A DNA stretch of 25,206 bases from Alloascoidea hylecoeti (lineage: Eukaryota). The position numbers and the translations under genes are program-made. This document shows, piece by piece, positions 11,020-21,288 of this stretch. Where the stretch lies: the NCBI GenBank assembly GCA_001600815.1, contig BCKZ01000003.1:1585912-1611117 (forward strand), read 5' to 3'. Position 1 is the stretch's first letter. Each line of letters opens with the position of its first letter. The notes beneath the pieces were generated by a model. It did not search any database. It was not told the DNA's origin and saw nothing but the letters and a program-made list of their open reading frames with translations.

Positions 11020-11662
11020 TGTTGAATAGAATTAGATGTTGATTCTTGTTCGCTCATTGTTAATTGATGTCCTCAGATTGTATAAACACGTTGTTCTTAA
11101 ACTCTTGGAAATTAAATATGAATATATTTTGTTGGATATATTACACTCTTGGAACAGTTCACTAAAGGGTCAATTGGCTTTTTGGCGCAACTGGGAGAAC
11201 AGGCACTTTGAACTTTAGCATGGTAGCGGCGCCGCCACGAGAGGCATCAGGTCCGCCGTAGGACCGTAGTTTACATCAGTCTAGTTGAGGCTTAGTAGGG
11301 TAACGCATAAATGGCCCGAAAGTAAAATGTCCGAGTCAGTCTGCAAGAAGTCCGAAGCCCGAAAGATCACGGGGGTGAGCAGATATGGCGACTAGTAAAG
11401 TGACCTGCCTAAGGTTGGGGGGTGTGTTGGATATATTACACTCTTGGAACAGTTCACTAAAGGGTCGATTGGCTTTTTGGCGCAACTGGGAGAACAGGCA
11501 CTTTGAACTTTAACATATTTATTATATTATATTTTTACGATACTTTCTAAAATGTGGGAATTCCTCCATATAAATTATGTAATCCCCAAAAACTATTTAG
11601 TCTAATTAATCTAAATAATGAACTATAAAATTGTTTCACCATGTTCTTCCATATAATCAACA
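11020..11662. mobile_element. Solo LTR, family A (252 bp once the nested TRIM and its TSD are removed)
   Basis: TGTTGA...TCAACA termini. 5-bp TSD GAATA (11015-11019 and 11663-11667). Near-identical inverted copy at 16416-16668. Confidence 0.9.
11130..11515 (+). mobile_element. TRIM (terminal-repeat retrotransposon in miniature), non-autonomous, 386 bp
   Basis: LTRs 11130-11220 and 11425-11515 (91 bp, 2 mismatches, TG...CA). PBS TGGTAGCG at 11221. PPT-like AAGGTTGGGGGGTG at 11411-11424. TSD TATTT (11125-11129 and 11516-11520). 204-bp non-coding interior. Confidence 0.92.
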
Positions 11663-12342
11663 GAATATATGTGTCATTTCTGTATTTCTGGTTTTTGTAT
11701 AGCCTTCTTACTAATATTGTTGTAATATTAAATATAAAACCTTCTAAAGATACAGAATCAAGCATCTACTCGTATAGCGTTGGCTATTCCAGTTGTAAAT
11801 TTAAGTGTAGTATAGATAGAGTTAAGCTTAATCATATGCAGCTGAACTTTTTGGATCCGAATTTTCAGTTTTACCCTTTAATTTCGTCTCATCAAATTAA
11901 ATAACTGTTCCATCAATTAAAAACTTCCGACTATAAATTTCAGACAGTATGAGAGTAGATGAGGATGTGAATCAAAATCTATTTATAAGTTATAGGTCTC
12001 AAACTTATACTGGTATCCATATATTACGGGACTATGCATATGGCAGCAATAAAGATAAATTATGATAAATACTATTACTAAAAGCTACTTAATTTAATAA
12101 TTCTGATAATCTTAGTTCAATTTGAATTTTTCTGTGTTTCCGAGCTCATTCCAGGTCCAATCTCCCGAGTCCTGGCACACATTTGTGAGAACTTAATTCC
12201 ACTCAATGTTGACCTAACCAGTAATTTAGTGTTTGGCCTGTAGAAACACAGAAAAAAACCATATCGGCACGTATAAGACTTTGTTACGCAATGATTAACT
12301 AATGTTTTACTTTCAAATTTCAATATACGGATTATAAATGCT

Positions 12343-13583
12343 TTAATATTTTTTCCTTAAATTTCCAGTAAGATCATAAATAACAAGCTCATATTCTTTA
12401 GTAAAAATGGCAATTCTTTTTGAATCAACATAAATTGGTGAAGCAGAATGTAAATCTGATTTTGAATATTCTTTTAAAATTTTTTGATTTAAATTCCAAA
12501 TCCTAATAGTACCACCATGATCGACAGAAAAGACTCTATTATTATTTATACATAAACTGTGTACTCTCTGATCTAATAAAGAATTTATTAATTCATTTGA
12601 TTGTAAATCCCGTACTGTTACTTTATTGTATATGTATTGATTTTCAAGTTTACTATCATGCAAGATAATGCATCATATCGAAATTCTTGGATTATTTGAC
12701 CAGTTTCTATATTCCAGGTTGTTATAACGTTATATCCTTTACTATATATAATTCCATTATGAATGCAAACACCATTAATAATACTGTTTCTTTTTAAACG
12801 GCGCTGTAAATGAACCTGTAGTTGATCTTCACTATTATCAAAACTTGATTTCCAAATCACAATATACCCATCCCCAATATAACCATCTCCAGTACAACAT
12901 GCAATATATTCATTGTTTATAGTGACATCATTATTACGTATACTGGAATATATATCTTCTGGTCTCTTGAAACGAACCATTTGTTTAAAATCTGGTAGTT
13001 TCCATATTATACAACTACCATCAAAGGAACTAGAGACTAAATATTTATAGTTGATATCCATACAACTAACTATATCGGAATGTGATTTGATATTCAGATC
13101 TTCTTTAAAGGCCAATAATTCCTTTACTGAAAATATTTTGCTTATATACGGTTCACCTGAAACTTTTAAACATTGAAAAGTTTCAACATCCCAAACTTTT
13201 ATTGTACCCTCTTGCGAACCAGTTAAAATCCAGTTTTTAAAAATCTTGGCACAAAATACGTCAGAAAAAGGATCACTAAATTTATGCTGTATAAATTTAT
13301 CATTTCTCCAATTTAAATCTAATAGGTAACGCTCCTTATACAACTCATACCACGAATCAGTTTCAAAATCATCGTTATAGTATATCCATGATTTTTCATC
13401 ATTAAACTTTGATTTCCATATGTTATCATTTTCAACTATTTTTTTCCATGCTTTAGATACTCTTCTACAATTTAGTAAATAAGTTGGTGGCAAATGCAAA
13501 AAGATTATTATAGATAGTTCAGTGGGAAGATCGGAAATAAAATCGATTAAATTTATGGTCACAATATTTTTGTATGAGTACAT
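12343..13583 (-). pseudogene. F-box/WD40-repeat protein gene with a frameshift near 12663-12680
   Basis: F-box DFISDLPTELSIIIFLHL...CRRVSKAWK...DNIWK. WD repeats ILTGSQEGTIKVWD and LVSSSFDGSCIIWK. The last WD repeat (VFSVDHGGTIRIWNL) lies in a different frame (12343-12663). Confidence 0.75.
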
Positions 13584-14031
13584 ATTGCAATTGTTTAAAT
13601 GATAGTTGTTAATATACCTATATTATGGTCTTTCAAAAAAAAAAATGTTGGGAACTCACTTCTTATTTCTGCAAAATCTACTGAAGGTGGGGGTTAAATT
13701 AAATATACGTGGTGGTAGGAAATCTCTGCGTTTTGTAAAATGCACGTAAAAAAGAAACACACTTTTGCAAAGATTTAGGATATCGCGGACAATCCGGGAG
13801 ATTATTGAAAGTCAATATGTTCATTAGAAACAGAATCGCGGAATATTAGATATTTGTCAAATATATATATCTGTGACAAATAGAGTTCTATTTAAGCTTT
13901 AGTGAATGACTAATTCCAAAACACCTTTATAACTAAATAGTTTATGTATTCCTAAGGACTTATAACAACAAAAAATTTTTATTATATCTCATATAACGAA
14001 TGAAGTTATCTGAAAACGTAAATACGATAAA

Positions 14032-14283
14032 ATGGTTGATACTAGTAACACCAATACAGCAACTGCAAATAGCATTCTTCTACAATTTGAGGATCTAAGA
14101 CTTAACGTTGATGAATTCAAAGGTGATATTAAATCAGACATTAAAAGGATGGAAGATAAGTTCATTGAACTATCTAATACGTTTGATAAGCTTATGGATA
14201 TGTTTACAAGATCTGCAATCGCTGATAAAGATCTAACGATTGATAATGAAGGTTTAAATACCATTAAACCTAAATTGTCTTAA
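14032..14283 (+). CDS. Small hypothetical coiled-coil ORF (83 aa), possibly a transposon gag-like remnant
   Basis: AAAATG start context and an amphipathic heptad pattern; no recognised family. Confidence 0.25.
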   Translation: MVDTSNTNTATANSILLQFEDLRLNVDEFKGDIKSDIKRMEDKFIELSNTFDKLMDMFTRSAIADKDLTIDNEGLNTIKPKLS

Positions 14284-15338
14284 TTTCCTATATTGATAAA
14301 TTTGAATTTTGTGAAATAATTTAGAGTTTGGTTCGCAAATAAAGATTAGAAGATAAAGTTAGTTGAAAGGAAGTCACAGCTACGGCTCACAAATAAAACT
14401 CCATCTTACATCTTCTAATTTATAATTATTCATATATTTGGTGTTGTGATGATTCGGTAGATAATTATTGAACTTAACTGAGTATCACCTTTATTTCAAT
14501 CTTATAAGTAGTCGAATTCTACTAAATCTTTAAACTTATATTAAAATTTGTTCCTTTCTCCTTTCTCGCTAACATTAACCTCTTTATACTTTTTATAACA
14601 TAAACTACCGCTTCTGATACTAACAGCAATAGCTTCTATTAATGGAAACAAATATTCCTACTAATAGCACTATTGGCTATCAAAGCTACTATCAAGACCT
14701 ATAATTAGAAAACTAACACAGGGAGGATTCAGTCGAGACTTTCCGAACTATAAGGCCGATCCTCACAGTGTATGGATGTAATGGACATCTTTAAATCTTA
14801 ATCAGCATACATAGGCATAAGGATATTTAGGAATCTCGGAACTACTTACGGGGCGCATTCCCGTATCCCACCCAAAAACCAAACCAGCTTTAGTTTTAGT
14901 TGGGTGGATATAGTAACATTGACTAACAATCAATGTTAAGGAAGAAGGTACATGCTATGATATACCAAGCAAGCTTTTGATGCAAAAGGGTCTGATCCAT
15001 TGATAGCAACATTTGTATTGTTAGGAAAAATAAATCGCTGATCTCTTACAATGTATGTCGTATTATTTTCTAATGTTATAAAATGTGTTGACTCGGGGTA
15101 TTTGGTGAAGATAGATCACCTTCAGATATACTAAGACAACATTATAAAGTCTTAATGCAATTGATCAGTAATATAGTTTTAATAACTCTAATTTATTGAA
15201 ATCCTATCAAAATTACCAGATCTGGAGTCATGTATGCTCTATTTAATAAATTTAATGTTAAATGAATACTGTTGTTCGTGAACTCAAATCTAATTAAAGC
15301 ATGAAATGCTATAGCGCTAGTGGTCGATATATTGATAT

Positions 15339-15464
15339 TATTGGATATATAGTTATATAATTAAATTAGAATAGTTTTTGTTATTACATAGTTTCATATA
15401 TATGGGGTGATATTTATGAAGATCTTCATTTCCCTTATATATTAGCGAGTTGCCACATTATTTA
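15339..15464. repeat. LTR family B fragment, truncated by N gap
   Basis: Near-identical to 20705-20830; begins TATTGGATATATAG. Confidence 0.85.
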
Positions 15465-16229
15465 NNNNNNNNNNNNNNNNNNNNNNNNNNNNNNNNNNNN
15501 NNNNNNNNNNNNNNNNNNNNNNNNNNNNNNNNNNNNNNNNNNNNNNNNNNNNNNNNNNNNNNNNNNNNNNNNNNNNNNNNNNNNNNNNNNNNNNNNNNNN
15601 NNNNNNNNNNNNNNNNNNNNNNNNNNNNNNNNNNNNNNNNNNNNNNNNNNNNNNNNNNNNNNNNNNNNNNNNNNNNNNNNNNNNNNNNNNNNNNNNNNNN
15701 NNNNNNNNNNNNNNNNNNNNNNNNNNNNNNNNNNNNNNNNNNNNNNNNNNNNNNNNNNNNNNNNNNNNNNNNNNNNNNNNNNNNNNNNNNNNNNNNNNNN
15801 NNNNNNNNNNNNNNNNNNNNNNNNNNNNNNNNNNNNNNNNNNNNNNNNNNNNNNNNNNNNNNNNNNNNNNNNNNNNNNNNNNNNNNNNNNNNNNNNNNNN
15901 NNNNNNNNNNNNNNNNNNNNNNNNNNNNNNNNNNNNNNNNNNNNNNNNNNNNNNNNNNNNNNNNNNNNNNNNNNNNNNNNNNNNNNNNNNNNNNNNNNNN
16001 NNNNNNNNNNNNNNNNNNNNNNNNNNNNNNNNNNNNNNNNNNNNNNNNNNNNNNNNNNNNNNNNNNNNNNNNNNNNNNNNNNNNNNNNNNNNNNNNNNNN
16101 NNNNNNNNNNNNNNNNNNNNNNNNNNNNNNNNNNNNNNNNNNNNNNNNNNNNNNNNNNNNNNNNNNNNNNNNNNNNNNNNNNNNNNNNNNNNNNNNNNNN
16201 NNNNNNNNNNNNNNNNNNNNNNNNNNNNN
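15465..16229. other. Assembly gap (N run)
   Basis: Run of n. Confidence 1.
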
Positions 16230-16366
16230 TTTTCTAAAACTAAATAATGTGGCAACTCGCTAATATATAAGGGAAATGAAGATCTTCATAAATATCACCC
16301 CATATATATGAAACTATGTAATAACAAAAACTATTCTAATTTAATTATATAACTATATATCCAATA
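16230..16366. repeat. LTR family B fragment in inverted orientation, truncated by N gap
   Basis: Reverse complement of 20705-20841; ends ...ATATCCAATA. Confidence 0.85.
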
Positions 16367-16415
16367 AAATCATTCAAACTTACGGATTACATGAAGTATT
16401 AGTTTTAAATAGTTG

Positions 16416-16668
16416 TGTTGATTATATGCAAGAACATGGTGGAACAAATTTATAGTTCATTATTTAGATTAACTAGACTAAATAGTTTTCGGGGATTCCA
16501 TAATTTATATGGAGGAATTCCCACATTTTTAGAAAGTATCGTAAAAATATAATATAATAAATATATTCATATTTAATTTCCAAGACTTTAAGAACAATGT
16601 GTTTATACAATCTGAGGACATCAATTAACAATGAGCGAACAAGAATCAACATCTAATTCTATTCAACA
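16416..16668. mobile_element. Solo LTR, family A (253 bp), empty of the TRIM
   Basis: TGTTGA...TCAACA termini. TSD AGTTG (16411-16415 and 16669-16673). A single AAATA (16559-16563) marks where the 11 kb copy carries the TRIM. Confidence 0.92.
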
Positions 16669-16988
16669 AGTTGTTGTTATTTCAATTTTAATTAACTTAT
16701 TACATGCCTTGCATATTGGATATGCAGGGAGTACTTGGTAATTCATATACTACAGCAAGCCCCTTAATATTATTGCCACCTCCTTATTATTATTTAGCCT
16801 ACATAGTTACATATATAAAATAGTTAAATCCATTGGATTTAACTCTCCACTTTTTCTTATTCCTATTTTAATATATTATTTACTTTATTTTTTCACTTTA
16901 TTAGTTTTACCGATTATTAGATTTCCAATCTTTTCGTCTGTGAACTATTCAAACTACTCAATAACTACTTTAAAACTATTTAAACAAA

Positions 16989-18086
16989 ATGTCCGATAAC
17001 AAATTTGAATTTGGAAAAGACTTCGATATTTCAAANGAAGTCTTCAAAGCTACTAAAACAGGTGTTACTGCTGGTGAATTCGCAAAGTTTGAAAAAGGAT
17101 ACTATCTTCCTGTTGTCATTAAATGGCTCAAGATTAAACTGGTAACAATTGTNAACTCTACTGATATTGATATTCAAAAATTTTTAGACTGTACTTCTGT
17201 TAATTTTTATCCACCCAATTTTGCTCTTATTCTGGAATACTTATTAAAATTACGNTTTTCTACAAATCTTTTAAAGTACTACGAAGAAGACTTGAATGGT
17301 ATTGATCTGTTTTTTACTTTGAAAAAGGATTATAAAATTTTGGATAATGGAACTAGAATTGGATTGTTAAAAAATNTCTTTGATGAAACCGTTAAATCTG
17401 GCTGTAATGTAAAAAACTTCAATGAAAAGGTTAATGTAATTGTCAATTATTTTCCTCACTTGAAAAAATGTATCCCATTAATCACTATGTTCAATCTGTC
17501 TTCTGCNCAACAAGACCANGTNCTAATGAGAAAAGACCTTAATGGTGANAGTGAAACTGATAATATNAAATTTGAAGCAATGAAACATACAGANATTCTT
17601 TCTTATATTCGCAAGCTTACTGATAAAGGAGTTCTCCCAGAATCTTCAAACATTGAATCAAATANNACTGATGAAGTGAACTACNGAGAACATAAAGCAA
17701 AATTCTATAAAAATGTCCGCTGTTATCGCTGTCACAAATTTGGTCATGTCATGAACGATTGTCCACTCAACAAGATGAGAAAGCATCCAAAAAGATATGA
17801 GGTTATTCAATATGTTGAACTTCCGAGCGGCGCTGATATATACTATTCTGCTAGAAATGATTCTGATGAAGATGATGAAGAAGCAAATCTTGTTGAACAT
17901 GAAGAAAAAGTATTTCTTGTCTCTGATGTGGAATTTATTATCGATTCAGGAGCAACCTGTCATGTTGTGTATGATAAATCGATTTTGGATAATGTTTCTA
18001 CCTCTAAGACTTCAATCAAAGGTGTCGATGGCTTAAGGAATCTATCACCAAGTGGTTCTAAATTGCTTATAAGATCTTTTTGTTAG
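16989..18086 (+). mobile_element. Ty1/copia retrotransposon gag-protease ORF, 3'-truncated
   Basis: Zinc knuckle CYRCHKFGHVMNDC and copia-type protease FIIDSGATCHVV. The ORF ends at the gypsy LTR; no integrase or RT follows. Confidence 0.85.
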
Positions 18087-18251
18087 AGTTACACGCTACG
18101 ACGAACTGATCTTAATTAATTTCTAATAAAACTTAAAACTTTTATTTTAACTATTAAATACTTTTCTAGACGTTAACTAATATTCGGCCAAAATTAACTT
18201 TATTTTCGTGGTTTCGTTGAGAATCTATTTTTCTGATTTACTTCTCATACA
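18081..18251 (-). repeat. Putative 3' LTR of the Ty3/gypsy element (left end uncertain: 18081 or 18023)
   Basis: On the minus strand, PPT AAAAGGGAGGAG (18263-18252) is directly followed by TGTATGAG. Candidate ends are ...CTCTAACA (18081) or ...CGACA (18023). Confidence 0.6.
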
Positions 18252-20704
18252 CTCCTCCCTTTTAAACTAGGACGTCCTCGTCCTATGCTCCCTATTCTGC
18301 TCAGCTTTCTTCCTCAGGAACTCGTCGCAATACCTTGTCTTCATTTGGTTCTTCAATTTTTCTGGTGCTAATTCAAATTCCCTGCTGTGTATTTCTGATG
18401 CTGAATGGGGGTCACAATCTTTCCAAGTTACAGTGTAAATTCTAGAGAATTCATTGTGGTTTATCAATTGTTTCATTTCTTCTATTCTGGTTCTGACTTC
18501 TTTCGGTGTTCTAGGTGGTACTTTGGTGTAGACTTCGGGATTGTTGTATGGTTTAAGCCATTTTATGTTGACGTTCCGCCAGCGATTCTTAATGGTTCTA
18601 AAGTCGATTTCATAGGTGTTCTCATTCATCACGTTGGTTATTTCATAAGGTCCTAAATAAACTAGCTTCAATTTCTGTTCTATGGCTACAATTCCCTTGT
18701 TCTTCCTATCTATTAGTATCCAATCTCCCTTTTCATACTTACTGGGTCTTCTCTTCCTGTTCGTCTGTTCCTCTTGTTCTTTCTGTGCTTCTGTCATGTT
18801 ATCCCTAATTCTTTGGAGGATTGCTTTCATCTTGGTTACCTTTTCTTCAGCTGACTTTGATTTTCTACTTAGTGTTAACGGTTCTAGGTTCCTTGGGTCT
18901 GTTGGTTCGTATCTCAACTCAGCCATAAACGGTGAGCAATTTATTGATTTTTGGTGACTACTATTGTATGCAAATTCTAATATCGGTAAGTAGTCCTCCC
19001 AGTCGTCGTTTTCTCTTTTCACATAAGCTCTTAATAATTGGTTCAGTATCTTGTTCAGTCTTTCTGTCTGACCATCCGTGTCTGGGTGATTAACCGTCGA
19101 GAAATCTAGTTCTGTTCCAAGTAGTTCGTGCAAAGTCCTCCAAAAGGCTCCTAAAAATCTAATGTCTTTGTCTGAAATTATACTCCTTGGAGTACCGTGA
19201 AGGCGGAAAATTTGATCCACAAACAATTTTGCTGCCCCCTCCCCCGTTAATTCTTTTCGAGTGGCAATGAAGTGTCCCCGTTTGGTTAGTCTATCAATTA
19301 CTACAAAAATAGCATTATGTCCTTTCTTATTCTTCGGAATACCTGTAAAAAAATCCATTGATATTTGTTCCCATCTTTCTTTAGGTACTGGTAATGGCAT
19401 AAGTAGTCCTTGTGTCGCTCGGGTGGTTGTCCTTACTGTTTGGCAAGTGTAGCACTTATTAATATATCTCTTTATTTGTTTGAACATATTTTTCCAATAG
19501 TATTTCTTTGCTAATCACAAATACGTCTTATAATAACCAAAATGTCCACTCATCGGTACATCGTGTCCTATTTTCATAATCTTCTGTCTTAGTTTTCCAT
19601 TCGGTGTGTCCGGGACGCAAATTCTGTCTTCTTCATTATCCCCAACCGTTGTATTGAAGTACGATAATCCGTTGACTATGGAGTAGTGCTTAATATATGC
19701 GTTCATCTTCTTGGGTACCTCTTTATCGTTGCTTAAAATATCATAAATTTCATTGAAATCTTGGTCTTCTTTATAATGTTCTTTAATTTCTTTCAACAGT
19801 TCTTGGCTGTTGTCTGTTGGTGACAGTTCTATCGCGTGGGCTTTTAGGTCGACTCTGCTTAAGGCGTTTGCTGCTGAATTGGTTTTACCAGGTATATACT
19901 TAATGGTAAAATTAAATTCCGCCAGGAAGTCTATCCATCTAGCAATTCTGCTTTTGTTCAGTTGCTTTTGTTGATGAATNTANTGTANTGAATTATGGTC
20001 NGTNTGTANNACAAAGTGGTTGTCNTTCAAGTAATATTCCCACTCCTTTAGTGCAAACACTACCGCCATAAATTCTTTCTCCCTTGTTGGATAATTCAGT
20101 TCTGCTTTCTGTAACTTCTTTGAAGCGTAGCCCACTACTCCTATCAGTTTTCCATCTATTGTCTTTTCCTCTAGCGTAGCCCCTAATGATATATCGCACG
20201 CGTCTGTAGTCACTATAAATACTCTATCACCTTGTTGTGGTATTTGTGGTACTACTAAAATTGGTTCAGACGACAATTTCTGTTTTAATTCGTTAAACGC
20301 TGTGTCGCATTCTCCGTCCCAATCTCTGGCTTTGTTCGCGAATTCTATCATTGGCTTTGCTATCGTCGAGTACTGTGCAATGAATCTTCTGTACTAGTTG
20401 GCTAGGCCCAGAAATGATTGTGCCTCCTTGTCGTTCTTAGGTACCGGCCATTCTTTTATTGCCTTTATCTTCTTTTCGTCTGGCATAATGCCTTTATCTG
20501 TGATTCTATGTCCTAAAAAGTCTAATTCCTTTAACATGAACTCACATTTCTTTCTTTTTGCTCTTAACTTATTAATTCTCAGCTTCTCCAATACCAGTTT
20601 GAGATGCTGTTCGTGCTCTTTCTCGTTCCTTGAGTATATCAAGATGTCATCTAAATATACTATAACAAATTTTCCTTTAAACTCTGCTAAAACATCATTC
20701 ATAA

Positions 20705-21288
20705 TATTGGATATATAGTTATATAATTAAATTAAAATAGTTTTTGTTATTACATAGTTTCATATATATGGGGTGATATTTATGAAGATCTTCATTTCCC
20801 TTATATATTAGCGAGTTGCCACATTATTTAGTTTTAGAAAANNNNNNNNNNNNNNNNNNNNNNNNNNNNNNNNNNNNNNNNNNNNNNNNNNNNNNNNNNN
20901 NNNNNNNNNNNNNNNNNNNNNNNNNNNNNNNNNNNNNNNNNNNNNNNNNNNNNNNNNNNNNNNNNNNNNNNNNNNNNNNNNNNNNNNNNNNNNNNNNNNN
21001 NNNNNNNNNNNNNNNNNNNNNNNNNNNNNNNNNNNNNNNNNNNNNNNNNNNNNNNNNNNNNNNNNNNNNNNNNNNNNNNNNNNNNNNNNNNNNNNNNNNN
21101 NNNNNNNNNNNNNNNNNNNNNNNNNNNNNNNNNNNNNNNNNNNNNNNNNNNNNNNNNNNNNTATATTAGCGAGTTGCCACATTATTTAGTTTTAGAAAAA
21201 CACACGTTCTTTATAATATAAATTTATTACCAACTATGCCTCCGAAACAATTCAAGGACATCGCCACTGATGAGCCCATAACCCAACA
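20705..21288. mobile_element. LTR family B insertion in gypsy RT (about 226-bp solo LTR if the gap is spurious)
   Basis: TSD CATAA (20700-20704 and 21289-21293) splits FQYVM|NDVL. Termini TATTGG...CCAACA. Both gap flanks share a 38-nt overlap. Confidence 0.88.
20842..21161. other. Assembly gap (N run), possibly spurious
   Basis: The flanks overlap (TATATTAGCGAG...TTTAGAAAA). Confidence 0.95.

Noticed and set aside
11340..11385. Twister-like GTCCGAAGCCC motif or hammerhead (retrozyme) in the TRIM
   Set aside because: Twister P4 and P2 pairings are missing, and no CTGATGA hammerhead core was found on either strand.
15339..16366. Inverted repeats around the gap read as a TIR or DIRS element
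   Set aside because: The same sequence behaves as an LTR with a TSD at 20705. The flanks (GATAT vs AAATC) give no TSD, so two copies or a scaffold join is more likely.
16416..16668. LTR A as the 5' LTR of the copia element
   Set aside because: It has its own TSD (AGTTG) on both sides and no PBS follows, so it is a solo LTR.
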